Shown here piece after piece: positions 27,898 through 37,187 of a stretch of DNA of 47,303 nt. The notes beneath the pieces were generated by a model. The model was given only the letters and a program-made list of their open reading frames with translations, ran no database searches and was not told the DNA's origin. Each line of letters begins with the position of its first letter. Positions within the stretch are counted from its first letter, which is position 1. Origin of the DNA: a virus (lineage: Duplodnaviria; Caudoviricetes); the IMG/VR virus record IMGVR_UViG_3300005404_000001, positions 1-47,303 of that record. The stretch is one strand, 5' to 3'. A program made the translations under genes and the position numbers.

Positions 27898-29358
27898 TCA
27901 TTTCTGGTCTCTTACAACAACTAACAAAGCCGGATTGTCTTTTACCAACTTCTCTAAATCCTGCTTTTCCTTTAGTGCTTGTAAGACCATATAGTCTATG
28001 GATTCACTCATACACATGTGGTAAAATATGATAGGTTTAGTTTGACCTGCTCTATCTATTCGCCCTCTAGCCTGAAAATAATTTATCCAACTATAATCTA
28101 CGGAATAGAATATAGCCTTAGAACAAACTTTCTGTAAGCCATCAAGAGCCTCACCACTTGCGATTTGAATAATGAAAGGTTTATCACCTCCCTTCATTAT
28201 CCATTTATCTATGAGCCGGCCGCGTTGCTTGGCACTTACTCCGCCTCGTATCACATAAGGCGTATCAAATACCTTCTGCAACTCAGCCAACTCACTCTTA
28301 AACCTAGCAAAAATAATTACGGGCTCACCGGCCTCATTTAAATTATCGACCAGGTCTACTGTGTGGAGTAATTTGTTTTCATTAAATACCACAGATTTAC
28401 CCTCCTCATCATGAACTACATAGCCTGTCATTTCTTGCAGGCGAAGTAGTTTGGTAAGCACTATAGGAGCGAATATCATGTGGCGTTTATGAACAACCAT
28501 TCCATCCAAACTAAATCTTTCGTAGCTGGCAAACACTTTGGGATCCCAGCGAACATCTACATTTATATCGGTAACGGGGGGCAAGTCTAAACAATCTTCC
28601 TTTCGGGCACTCGACACAAAGGGGCTGTATCTTTTTTCTAGGTCATCGACCATTCTGTACCCTAAGAGTTCATATCCAGATTTGCCACCCCAGATACCGT
28701 ATTTATATCTAAAATCTGTCCAACTTATATTACCCCATATTTGAGGGTCAATACATTTTAGTTGGCTATATAAATCTAATAAGTTTTTACCTACTGGTGT
28801 ACCAGTTAATAACAAGGTAAATTTAGCAGAGGCACAAATCTTGTGGGTCTGCTTACTTCTCTTGGCGGTTGCTGATTTTATCTTTTGGCTTTCATCTAGT
28901 ATCACCATGTCAGGTTTCCATTTCATTAAGGCGTCAAATATAGGTGCCTTCTTATTTCTGGTTATGATACTTTCGTAATTAAATACCGCCACTTGTAATG
29001 GCATTTCAAGCCAGCTATCTCTCTCACTATCTTGCCACTCTTTAAAACCTTCTACTTTATCAAACACGCTACCGGTTTCTGGCCGTATAAACGAGCTGAA
29101 AGGTACCGGGGAGTGTTTGTTTAATTCTTTAGGCCATACTGTAAGAGCATTTATCGGACAAAGGACTAATACTTTCTTTACTTTACCAGACTTTTGTAAA
29201 GCCGCCGCACTATCTACGGCTATCTTGGTTTTACCAGTACCTGGATCCATGAATAAAGCATGACCTTTATCCGAATTAAATACTCTTTTTAAAGCCTCAG
29301 CCTGATGTTGATATGGTGGCGTTTTGAACTGATATTCCAAACTTCTCAAACTCCTCAT
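27898..29358 (-). CDS. SNF2-family helicase
   Basis: PYQHQ, MDPGTGKT, ILDESQ, LTGTP, QARGRIDRAGQ. Confidence 0.92.
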   Translation of the reverse strand: MRSLRSLEYQFKTPPYQHQAEALKRVFNSDKGHALFMDPGTGKTKIAVDSAAALQKSGKVKKVLVLCPINALTVWPKELNKHSPVPFSSFIRPETGSVFDKVEGFKEWQDSERDSWLEMPLQVAVFNYESIITRNKKAPIFDALMKWKPDMVILDESQKIKSATAKRSKQTHKICASAKFTLLLTGTPVGKNLLDLYSQLKCIDPQIWGNISWTDFRYKYGIWGGKSGYELLGYRMVDDLEKRYSPFVSSARKEDCLDLPPVTDINVDVRWDPKVFASYERFSLDGMVVHKRHMIFAPIVLTKLLRLQEMTGYVVHDEEGKSVVFNENKLLHTVDLVDNLNEAGEPVIIFARFKSELAELQKVFDTPYVIRGGVSAKQRGRLIDKWIMKGGDKPFIIQIASGEALDGLQKVCSKAIFYSVDYSWINYFQARGRIDRAGQTKPIIFYHMCMSESIDYMVLQALKEKQDLEKLVKDNPALLVVVRDQK

Positions 29359-29773
29359 TTAAATATTTAAAGGTTTGTGATTTTTCACCACAATTTTTTA
29401 ACAACATATCATGCCACATTTCGTAGCAGGCTTGGTTTATTTTCATCTCTATATGGGCTATGCGACCACTTTTTGGTCCTTTCTCATAGTAATCATTTAG
29501 GTCTGTAATAAGCCACTCACACAAATCAAATAATGGGCCAGGTGTATAAGAAAACCAAGGTAATAAACTCTTGGTAAAACCCCATAACATTTTAGAGTTC
29601 TCCCAATGGTAGTTCATGTCCTCAGCTTTCTGAAACTGGTCCATAATTGTCCAGAATATTAGTCTGGTTTCTGTGCTATCCCACTCAAAAGCGGTATGTA
29701 AAACAGGACCGCTACTACTTAGCCTCAGTTGATAAGGCGGTTTGGTCTTGTCTTTTTGGTTCTGATACGGCAT
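29297..29773 (-). CDS. hypothetical protein
   Basis: 158-aa ORF within the replication operon. Confidence 0.6.
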   Translation of the reverse strand: MPYQNQKDKTKPPYQLRLSSSGPVLHTAFEWDSTETRLIFWTIMDQFQKAEDMNYHWENSKMLWGFTKSLLPWFSYTPGPLFDLCEWLITDLNDYYEKGPKSGRIAHIEMKINQACYEMWHDMLLKNCGEKSQTFKYLNEEFEKFGISVQNATISTSG

Positions 29774-30224
29774 AATGCCCCTTTCTGTCTAAGGTTAGAA
29801 TTAGTTTTGCCACTATCTCTAACGATTTAACCAATAAGTATTCTGGGTGAGGGCGATACGCACTTCGCCACTCGTATGGTAAACCATCTTTCATTTCTTG
29901 GGTACCGAATACTCTTTGGTATGCTTGTCTTCCAATATATAGATGGACAATTTTATCGCCCAACCATGTAGTTTTAGATACTCTATAACCAAACTCACCT
30001 GTTGGACCAAAAAAGTCATTTGTCTTTTCTTGGTATAGGTACTCGGTTATATCATCTTGACCTAGAACTGTGGATACACCAACTCTTGTGGCATCCACGA
30101 TACATACACCAAATAAACTGTAGTCAAATACTGGATCCAACTGCTTGATTATTGATACTGCCTCATCTAGGCTTATGAACCTAAATCTTAGGTCCTTTCT
30201 ATATATATTATTACCTTCCTGCAT
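29715..30224 (-). CDS. hypothetical protein
   Basis: 169-aa ORF; GAGGT RBS. Confidence 0.6.
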   Translation of the reverse strand: MQEGNNIYRKDLRFRFISLDEAVSIIKQLDPVFDYSLFGVCIVDATRVGVSTVLGQDDITEYLYQEKTNDFFGPTGEFGYRVSKTTWLGDKIVHLYIGRQAYQRVFGTQEMKDGLPYEWRSAYRPHPEYLLVKSLEIVAKLILTLDRKGHYAVSEPKRQDQTALSTEAK

Positions 30225-30351
30225 TATTTACCTCTACTTTCTTTAGATGGTATGAACACAGGGCTTGTTCATATATTTCAAATGGTTCAAAATAGAAGTG
30301 GGTTTCGCAACCACAACTTGCATACTCTGAACCTTTTTTTCTATCAGCCAT
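30211..30351 (-). CDS. 46-aa possible Zn-binding peptide, absent from the track
   Basis: MADRKKGSEYASCGCETH...LCSYHL...; AAGGGG upstream; fills the gap. Confidence 0.5.
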   Translation of the reverse strand: MADRKKGSEYASCGCETHFYFEPFEIYEQALCSYHLKKVEVNNAGR

Positions 30352-30361
30352 TTTTCCCCTT

Positions 30362-32254
30362 TCATGTAGCTAATCTAAACACCTTGCTTTTACCTTCTTG
30401 GTCCATGGTGACTGCACCATCGGCAAGTAATTTGGTAAGCAAGGCTCTTGTTTTCTTTTCTCCCATGCCACTGACTGCCTGTATCTCAGACATGGACATT
30501 GGTTTCTTACTGAGTAAGGTAAAGATGTTAGCCTCTGTTCCAACTACACCTTCACCTTCCCAGTTATAATCTATCTCACCTATATCACCCATCTTGAGTT
30601 TAAAGGCTTGTGGTGGAGGCGCTAGCCTCTCTCTGAACTCACGCTCCACTACAACAGTTGATGAGCCATCTGTATTTGGATTTGCCTCCAGATACAAAGC
30701 ACTCTCTAACCAACCGTAGATAGTTGTAGAACCAAGCAGTTTAACACCGCCTTGTTTTCTACCCTTCTTATCACTAGAGCCTTTGCCCCAGTGATGAACC
30801 ACTATTATCGCCACATCATAGCGGTTACGAAGTTGTAATAGCCAAGATAAGATAGGTCGTATTTCATTGGCTGAGTTTTCATCAACGGATCCCATCATTA
30901 AATATAATGGGTCAAACACTACCAGTCTTATCCCTTCTGTGGCTATTATCGTTTCAATCGCCTCTCTACATGACTGGTCGGTCATGTCAAAGGCGAAATC
31001 ATTATAAAAGAACATAGGTACTTTTGCCGGGAATGTCACCGACAAAGTACCATCATCTATATTACTTGCTCCATTTAATAAACCTTTATTGTATGCCATT
31101 TTGACTACTCGGTCTTTGAGAAGGGCTGGAGAGTTTTCAACTTGCACAATGAGAGTTGGTCCTACTCCCTTCTCATTGACCTCAAACATATTCATAAATG
31201 GTCGACCGGTGGCGACAGATAAAGCCATGTCTGTGGTGACGAGAGATTTGTAGGACTTAGGTAATCCGGCAATAATACCATGACTACCCATTGTCCACCA
31301 ATCCTCTATTAGCCATTGCGGTTCTTGAATGGTCGAGCCAAGCAAATCTCCGTAGGTGACTAAGGTAGGTTTTATCTTACGCCAACTGGTCTCAACAACA
31401 CTATCACCTTCGTGGTTTGAAGGTGCTACATTTATAGTGGTTGCTGCCTTGACAATTTCTTGCCAAAGTCTTTCATCACTATCCGTTTTATCCTTGTGCT
31501 TATTCCACACACTTTGACGGACAATGAAAAACACATTTTCCTTACTTAGCCCTGCCTCTAATAACATACACTCTAATTCCCATAGCCTTGCTGACCTATC
31601 ACCCCATGCCTCTTTGGCGCTGAGTAATCTACGACCTCTTGGTTCTAGTATGTCCCAGGCTATTTCATATAATTTTTCATAATCCCCATCTTGTTGAGGT
31701 ATCTCGGTTGATTGGTCTACTACATTACCATCACTATCTGTATAACCTACATATTCCCAAACATCTTTTAGGCTATAGTCAGGGCCGTCGTCCCACAATA
31801 GTTTTACTTCTTGAGGTGGGTCGTATTTATAATTCATGGATCCTGGTACTCTTAATACTTTGGTTCGTGACCAACCGCCTTTGTCTGCACCTATCTTATA
31901 TGTTAATAAACGATTGGTTTGTTCTAAGGTGTCAGCACTTGCACCGGAGTCCAGTCTCCATAGACATTGGTATCTTTTGTGGCTACTCTCCCAAGCGATT
32001 GTGGGCCTCATATCCAGGTCGTAAGGAGACACATTGTCTAAGTCGGCCCACAACCACATATTAGGGAGTGCATTTTCTTTACGCCTTGCTCCGTCAAAAG
32101 TTAATACCGAGAAATATAAATCAAATTCACCTTTTGGTTTTTGTGTGTAAAATTCATCTGCGGTAAGTTCTCTCCATGCACCATTTTGCATGATAGGTAA
32201 GTAAGAAGTACCTGATCCTGTATCTCTTACTTGGTCTAAAAATTTACTATCCAT
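30362..32254 (-). CDS. primase (RepB/prim-pol-like) fused to AAA_25 RecA-like helicase
   Basis: WADLD, WESS..RYQCLW, ADKGGW...LRVPG; AGLPKSYKS Walker A, VVFDP, VHH. Confidence 0.9.
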   Translation of the reverse strand: MDSKFLDQVRDTGSGTSYLPIMQNGAWRELTADEFYTQKPKGEFDLYFSVLTFDGARRKENALPNMWLWADLDNVSPYDLDMRPTIAWESSHKRYQCLWRLDSGASADTLEQTNRLLTYKIGADKGGWSRTKVLRVPGSMNYKYDPPQEVKLLWDDGPDYSLKDVWEYVGYTDSDGNVVDQSTEIPQQDGDYEKLYEIAWDILEPRGRRLLSAKEAWGDRSARLWELECMLLEAGLSKENVFFIVRQSVWNKHKDKTDSDERLWQEIVKAATTINVAPSNHEGDSVVETSWRKIKPTLVTYGDLLGSTIQEPQWLIEDWWTMGSHGIIAGLPKSYKSLVTTDMALSVATGRPFMNMFEVNEKGVGPTLIVQVENSPALLKDRVVKMAYNKGLLNGASNIDDGTLSVTFPAKVPMFFYNDFAFDMTDQSCREAIETIIATEGIRLVVFDPLYLMMGSVDENSANEIRPILSWLLQLRNRYDVAIIVVHHWGKGSSDKKGRKQGGVKLLGSTTIYGWLESALYLEANPNTDGSSTVVVEREFRERLAPPPQAFKLKMGDIGEIDYNWEGEGVVGTEANIFTLLSKKPMSMSEIQAVSGMGEKKTRALLTKLLADGAVTMDQEGKSKVFRLAT

Positions 32255-32363
32255 TCCTACTCTCCTCTTTTAGCAGAAAGCCTAGCTCTCATAATGCTAG
32301 GCTCTACTGCGCCATCTAATTTCTTAGATAAAATATTATCTCATGAAGGCTTAGTCCTTACAA

Positions 32364-32714
32364 CTATATAATGCCATCATTTTCATCACCGAACAAGTCC
32401 TCAAATAATTCACCGAAGGTATATGGCTCCAGGCTATCTTGTGGTTCTAAATTATGTATAATCCAATCTACCATGGCACCATCGGCTTTTAATATTGGGA
32501 AACTCTGATGAGTTAATTGGTCCGTTAAAATAATCTCAAAACCACTCTCATTTGTAAAGGAAAGTGAAACTCCATATCTCCAGTTTTCAACTGAGATTTC
32601 CATTTCCTCGGTACCTTGTCTTGACACCGTTTTATCAGACCTATCGGTTTTGATTGTTGCTTTTAATCCGGCCATGTCATCATTGTAGTCGGATCCCTTA
32701 AAATTAAAATTCAT
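32364..32714 (-). CDS. hypothetical early protein
   Basis: 116-aa ORF on the coding strand of the arm. Confidence 0.55.
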   Translation of the reverse strand: MNFNFKGSDYNDDMAGLKATIKTDRSDKTVSRQGTEEMEISVENWRYGVSLSFTNESGFEIILTDQLTHQSFPILKADGAMVDWIIHNLEPQDSLEPYTFGELFEDLFGDENDGII

Positions 32715-32769
32715 TGTGCCACAAAAACAAATGGCCTACTTGCAATTAAGTAGACCATCTGCTATACCT

Positions 32770-32981
32770 TTACTCACTTGGGCCAAACATCTTGTCCCAA
32801 CAATCACCATGCGTACCTGTGACCAAGAGTTCTCGCCAATTACTATCTTTATCTGGCCATACATCTTGGATTGATTTGCCGTTTTGCCATTCATTATATT
32901 TGTCCTCATCAACTTGGACATGGCTGACCGCACCACATGATATACAGGGATTGGTTACGACAAAAGTATTACTCGCCATCG
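32770..32981 (-). CDS. small Zn-binding protein (likely start MASNTF)
   Basis: PCISCG...RELLVTGTHGDCWDKMF. Confidence 0.6.
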
Positions 32982-33178
32982 TGTTGCTCTGATTCCTTTT
33001 GAAATCCATAAAAGAAACCTTGCATATAGGTCTCTTTATTTTCATCTAACCATGTGGCTACTGCGGCAGGTACAAGTTCTTTTACACCTTTCATATCTGC
33101 CATATTTACTAAGCCACTATCTCTTACTACGGTTAGACTATCCAAAATGTCATCAGGTACTACTACCTTATTCGACAC
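32969..33178 (-). CDS. small hypothetical protein (DUF5049-like)
   Basis: L..VRDSGLVNM motif. Confidence 0.55.
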   Translation of the reverse strand: MSNKVVVPDDILDSLTVVRDSGLVNMADMKGVKELVPAAVATWLDENKETYMQGFFYGFQKESEQHDGE

Positions 33179-33431
33179 GGATATCCCCTTTCTTATTTAG
33201 GCTAATTGAACCATAGAAATTTCTTTTTGTGTAGGGATCCGGCCCTACAAATAATATCTTTCCATGGGTCTCTAGCATTTCTTTGGTTAAAATGCCATCT
33301 GGTTCATTACCAAATGCACTCGTTGCCTCAACGGATACCGCTGAGCCTTGCATAACCATTTCTTTTATTTGTTTCTTGGAAGTAGGTCGCACCATAGCGC
33401 CTGTTCCATTATCAACGAATATGCCTTGCAT
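33168..33431 (-). CDS. hypothetical early protein (likely start MQGIFV)
   Basis: GAGGAG before MQG; RPTSKK...EATS.FGNE...VGPDPY.KRNFY. Confidence 0.6.
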   Translation of the reverse strand: MQGIFVDNGTGAMVRPTSKKQIKEMVMQGSAVSVEATSAFGNEPDGILTKEMLETHGKILFVGPDPYTKRNFYGSISLNKKGDIRVE

Positions 33432-33442
33432 ATTGCTCCTCT

Positions 33443-33634
33443 CTACCAGTTTTTTCCAATCATGACACGCCATTTATGGAAATTATCTTTGGCATTTTCA
33501 TGCCTTATACACATTTGCCACCAGGTCTCGAAGTCGCACCACCCACAAGTCTTTCTATACTTCAGATGGTGCCGACACTTCGTACCTGGGACCTTGAAAA
33601 AGTCTGCGGCAGTCTTTCTCTTGGCCCTAGGCAT
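33443..33634 (-). CDS. small Cys/His basic protein
   Basis: CRHH...CGWC; AGGAAGAG upstream, TAATG coupling. Confidence 0.5.
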   Translation of the reverse strand: MPRAKRKTAADFFKVPGTKCRHHLKYRKTCGWCDFETWWQMCIRHENAKDNFHKWRVMIGKNW

Positions 33635-34131
33635 TACTCTTCCTCTTTACGAGCGTTATACTCCTCTGTGGCTTTAGCTTTCATACTATTGCCTTCTTCC
33701 ACAGTAATACCAGCTATTTCACATAGCCTCTCGTAAATAGTTGCGGTAGCATTTCGTGCCCATGTACCGCGTCCCGATATCCAACTATGTTGGGCTAAGT
33801 CAGCGCCAATGACGCCTCCAAACCAACTTAATATAGCCTTGTTATCTATACCTTCTAGGTATTCAACAGGTTTACCTTCAACAAATATTGTGGATTTATA
33901 ATCTCCACCACTATAATGTTTTTGGTTCATGTGTTGGATATGTTTTTTACCGATACCAGCGGCTTTGCCCCATGTTATATAGTCCTTCATGTTATATATA
34001 TCATGACCAGAACCAAATATGAAACTGTCCTCGTATGATTGGTTGAGCAGGGCTAATGCCTGCTCTTTGCCAATCTCTGGTATCTCTACCTCTTTATTCA
34101 CTTGCCTCAAGAACTGCAGGTCGGTTATCAA
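33634..34131 (-). CDS. hypothetical early protein (start probably GTG ~34101)
   Basis: ORF on the coding strand, coupled to neighbours. Confidence 0.55.
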   Translation of the reverse strand: MITDLQFLRQVNKEVEIPEIGKEQALALLNQSYEDSFIFGSGHDIYNMKDYITWGKAAGIGKKHIQHMNQKHYSGGDYKSTIFVEGKPVEYLEGIDNKAILSWFGGVIGADLAQHSWISGRGTWARNATATIYERLCEIAGITVEEGNSMKAKATEEYNARKEEE

Positions 34132-34336
34132 ATTTATTTATGATTGTACCTTCCTCTAAGTTCATGAGCATGAAAAGGCTTTCACTTTTGCCGGCTTGCA
34201 TAGCCTCAACAAAAGATAGCCATTCGGATTCAGCGTTCTCCAATGAAAAATATTCATGTTCCACATCGGTTCTAACAGAACCGTCATAGTAATGACCTAT
34301 TTTCACAATGGCGAACTTAATCTTTCCTTCTCCCAT
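34094..34336 (-). CDS. hypothetical early protein
   Basis: 80 aa; AGGAG RBS. Confidence 0.6.
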   Translation of the reverse strand: MGEGKIKFAIVKIGHYYDGSVRTDVEHEYFSLENAESEWLSFVEAMQAGKSESLFMLMNLEEGTIINKFDNRPAVLEASE

Positions 34337-34381
34337 TGCTTTTCTCCTATAATTACGGGATCAGAAGGCGTATATCAGGCA

Positions 34382-34690
34382 TTAAAAATATATCACCAGG
34401 CGTGTCGGCATTTCTGCCTCTTTCGCCAGGCGATACTCGGCGATTAACCGTTTTATCTGCCTTTTTGCTTTCTGTTCCTCTCTCGTATTCGCCTTGTATA
34501 AATACAAAGCAGGCCTTAATCTCTGCTCTAAAACCTCAGGTTCTATCGCAAAGACGCCTTCATCAGTTTTGGTCTTGGCGTCAAATGCCTCGCTAAATAA
34601 AAACTCGGCAACAGTCGCCTGACCGTGGTTAAACTCAGTAAAACCGGCTTTTCTACGCCCATTTACCTGAAGTATAACCTCAATGCTCAT
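34382..34690 (-). CDS. hypothetical early protein
   Basis: 102-aa ORF on the coding strand. Confidence 0.5.
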   Translation of the reverse strand: MSIEVILQVNGRRKAGFTEFNHGQATVAEFLFSEAFDAKTKTDEGVFAIEPEVLEQRLRPALYLYKANTREEQKAKRQIKRLIAEYRLAKEAEMPTRLVIYF

Positions 34691-34751
34691 CGTTCGGGAT
34701 CCCCGACCAAAAGCAAATCTCCAAAATCACTAATTCTCGTTTTCGGTAGGG

Positions 34752-34783
34752 AAAAGTATATCCCTATAGGGATATATACTTTT
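34752..34783. repeat. 20-bp perfect palindrome (34757-34776) extended to 32 bp with a 2-nt bulge
   Basis: AAAAG-TATATCCCTATAGGGATATA-TACTTTT. Confidence 0.85.
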
Positions 34784-34825
34784 GACCTGCCGATAACTCG
34801 TTGAAAAATTAGTGGCTTACAAAAC

Positions 34826-34854
34826 TTGACAAGGGATCCCAATTGGTGTAGGGT
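34826..34854 (+). promoter_or_regulatory. housekeeping-sigma-type promoter antisense to the early operon
   Basis: TTGACA-N17-TAGGGT with GGATCC in the spacer. Confidence 0.4.
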
Positions 34855-34965
34855 AGTCCCATGCTTAAATTTTATATCCAAATCGTTCTCCATAATTTTA
34901 ATCTCTCTTGGTATAATTTTACTAGCAATGGCACTTGGTTTCAACTGCCAAAGCCACTAAAATCA

Positions 34966-35295
34966 TTAGCTAAATGGTTCAAACATTTCCTCGGCCTCGC
35001 TATCAGTCAGCTTGGTCAAGAAATACGGTTGAATTTTAGTAGGATTAAAGAAAATATGGCCGTCAGTCGTTCTAACAACCGTAATGGTTTTACGATTGAT
35101 TTTATCGACCTTGCCAAGTCTTTCGGATTCTCTAAATTGGATTTTGACCCAATCACCAACGCTAAAAGTTTCTTTAGCCGCTTGGGCAACAAGTTCCGCT
35201 CTATCATGAACGGCTTTGTTGACCTCAACCAAATCATTTATGTCGTTGGCATTGTCAATCCAACCAAGAACTTCGTCCTTAGTTAGTTCCTGCAT
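34966..35295 (-). CDS. hypothetical early protein with SH3-like beta domain
   Basis: FSVGDWV...GKVDKINRKTITV; GGAGGTGA RBS. Confidence 0.65.
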   Translation of the reverse strand: MQELTKDEVLGWIDNANDINDLVEVNKAVHDRAELVAQAAKETFSVGDWVKIQFRESERLGKVDKINRKTITVVRTTDGHIFFNPTKIQPYFLTKLTDSEAEEMFEPFS

Positions 35296-35306
35296 ATCAC
35301 CTCCTC

Positions 35307-35684
35307 TTATGCTTTATATCTGGAATTTATATCCACTAAATATTGGTTAATATACTCTGTGCCTGTGCAACATTGGCAAAAGACCAGATTATCAATCGGT
35401 CCATGTTCACCTTCGTTAATGTTATCCACGCACTCACCACAAACTGCGGTGCTATAGCCTATACATTGAATTGATATAGGCACTCCATCCTCATCTCTCG
35501 TTTCCATCATGGTATTACAGAAATCACATAGGAATATTTCACCTGGGTCAGGCATAGCGATAACATTCCAACCTTTGGCTCTTAATTTATCATTAGAACC
35601 ATCGGTTTCGCTTATCATCATCGCGGCCCGACTGTTAAATCTGTGCATTAATGGATCCGATATAACTAAATTGGATTCTTGCAC
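35307..35684 (-). CDS. Zn-finger early protein
   Basis: CDFC...CGEC...CQCC; GGAG RBS, GTG start. Confidence 0.6.
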   Translation of the reverse strand: MQESNLVISDPLMHRFNSRAAMMISETDGSNDKLRAKGWNVIAMPDPGEIFLCDFCNTMMETRDEDGVPISIQCIGYSTAVCGECVDNINEGEHGPIDNLVFCQCCTGTEYINQYLVDINSRYKA

Positions 35685-35697
35685 TCCGTCTCCTCTC

Positions 35698-36000
35698 TTA
35701 TATTTTGTATTCTTCCATTTCGGATGGCGTATAGAACATGGAGACAGTTAATGAACCACCCCAGTCTAACTCATCAAGGTTATTTCTTTTCAAACTAACC
35801 TCTGCCATCTTTAAAATGGCTATTAAATTGGTTAATTCCCTCACATCTTGAATATGAAGGCGATTAACACCATCACCAAAGCCTAATGCAAGAGTACCAA
35901 CTTGGTATCTGTCAATATTAACCTTAATTCGGCTATAATTCTTGACAAAACCAGCTGGTGTCTGATTAGGTTTGGTGTAAATTAGCTCATTACTGGCCAT
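35698..36000 (-). CDS. hypothetical early protein
   Basis: 100-aa ORF on the coding strand. Confidence 0.6.
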   Translation of the reverse strand: MASNELIYTKPNQTPAGFVKNYSRIKVNIDRYQVGTLALGFGDGVNRLHIQDVRELTNLIAILKMAEVSLKRNNLDELDWGGSLTVSMFYTPSEMEEYKI

Positions 36001-36006
36001 TTATAC

Positions 36007-36150
36007 TCACTTTCCTGAAATCTTGTGGCTGACGGATGCCAGTGTCGCTTGGCACCCATCACATAGCCTTACATACATGCCAAATCGATATGGATTGCGT
36101 ATCACTATGCCACATCGGTTGCAAATGTATGGATTATCTACCCTCGCCAC
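36007..36150 (-). CDS. 47-aa CxxC..CxxC Zn-ribbon protein, absent from the track
   Basis: MARVDNPYICNRCG...LCDGCQ...; AAGGA RBS, GTG start. Confidence 0.55.
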   Translation of the reverse strand: MARVDNPYICNRCGIVIRNPYRFGMYVRLCDGCQATLASVSHKISGK

Positions 36151-36338
36151 AAGTTTTCCTTCTTATATTGTTTATTGTAGGCTCTAATAGCGGCAAAACC
36201 TGTCTTATCGGTGTACCGCAGCCTCTGTTTATGCTCATCTTTCGGTGCCTTTCGGCTTTTCATCATTTTTCGTGCCTGTGCTGGTCTTACTGGTGATTTA
36301 CGGTATAAATCACAGGTAAAACACTTACAACCCGCCAT
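36138..36338 (-). CDS. small basic CxCxxC protein (likely start MAGCKC)
   Basis: C-terminal portion of track ORF 36138..36383. Confidence 0.5.
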   Translation of the reverse strand: MAGCKCFTCDLYRKSPVRPAQARKMMKSRKAPKDEHKQRLRYTDKTGFAAIRAYNKQYKKENLWRG

Positions 36339-36501
36339 CGAAATTCGCTTTCGGCTTGACTGGCTTGGTACGAACTGTGCCATAGGTACATCTTTGACAA
36401 TGCACCATTACCATTGTTTTTGATTTGGCATTTGAGAAAATACCTAAGGTAAATAAGTCACCCTCATTACATTGTGGGCACTTATTCTTGGAATCAGGCA
36501 T
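36325..36501 (-). CDS. 58-aa Zn-ribbon protein, absent from the track
   Basis: MPDSKNKCPQCNEG...VHCQRCTYG...; first gene after the promoter at 36532. Confidence 0.6.
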   Translation of the reverse strand: MPDSKNKCPQCNEGDLFTLGIFSNAKSKTMVMVHCQRCTYGTVRTKPVKPKANFDGGL

Positions 36502-36531
36502 GCTAACCTACTTTCTCTCTCTTATACTACC

Positions 36532-36540
36532 ATTATAACA
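36532..36540 (-). promoter_or_regulatory. extended -10 promoter for the early Zn-finger operon
   Basis: - strand TGTTATAAT about 30 nt upstream of the 36501 start. Confidence 0.5.
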
Positions 36541-36682
36541 GAGTGGCTAACCGTATTCTACCTATAATGAAAATAGTGGGTAGGCACTTTGTATGCCTGG
36601 CCGCATGAGTTAGTTGCACCTACCATGGGCCCACCTCAAAAAATAAGCTGATAGTTGGAACCATCATAGAATACGCAGGAAA

Positions 36683-36723
36683 GAGGCACTATTTTAACAG
36701 GGCTGTCAGGGAATTAGTGCCTC
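36683..36723 (-). terminator. hairpin downstream of HTH gene A
   Basis: GAGGCACTA...TAGTGCCTC 9-bp stem with a short T run. Confidence 0.45.
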
Positions 36724-36735
36724 AATCCTTAATTG

Positions 36736-36999
36736 CTACTTCTTGGCTTTGGTCTCAGCGTTCTTTTTCACGGTTCTGGTATAATGCTCTGTGGCTGCTT
36801 TCACAACCTCATCTGGCAAGTACCAGCGTGAATTTTTGGCGTCTAAAGGTCTTGTATAGTTCTGGCGTAACCAGGCTCTCAAGCTCTTAGGACTAACGCT
36901 GAGGTTCTCTGCAAGTTCTGTAGGTGTAATGCCTGTTGGCTCAGCTTTAGCGGCTTGCTTTGGCTGTGCTTTAGGCTCTTTTACTGCCTTATCACTCAC
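36736..36999 (-). CDS. HTH DNA-binding protein A
   Basis: ITPTELAENLSVSPKSLRAWLR; GAGGTGA RBS; basic tails. Confidence 0.8.
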   Translation of the reverse strand: MSDKAVKEPKAQPKQAAKAEPTGITPTELAENLSVSPKSLRAWLRQNYTRPLDAKNSRWYLPDEVVKAATEHYTRTVKKNAETKAKK

Positions 37000-37032
37000 G
37001 GTGTCACCTCGCTTTCTAATAGTTTACCTACT

Positions 37033-37062
37033 ATTATAAACAGAACGGCAGCCACTTCGCAA
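37033..37062 (-). promoter_or_regulatory. promoter for HTH gene A
   Basis: TTGCGA-N18-TATAAT on the - strand. Confidence 0.55.
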
Positions 37063-37187
37063 CTGTTTTAGCCACTATTTGCCCTGGCATACTCCTGGAT
37101 AGCAGTACCTCTCATTTGTAGGCAAACTTGTCAAATTGGCTAATAAAAAAGCGGTATTTTCACTTGACAAGGTCATCTCATTTTGCT

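Noticed and set aside
32279-32303. AGCCTAGC/GCTAGGCT hairpin as a terminator
   Set aside because: Only a weak U-tract, just upstream of the primase RBS; real inverted repeat but role unclear.
34687-34944. 85-aa ORF as a real gene
   Set aside because: No clear RBS, and it spans a palindrome and promoter-like elements; left uncalled.
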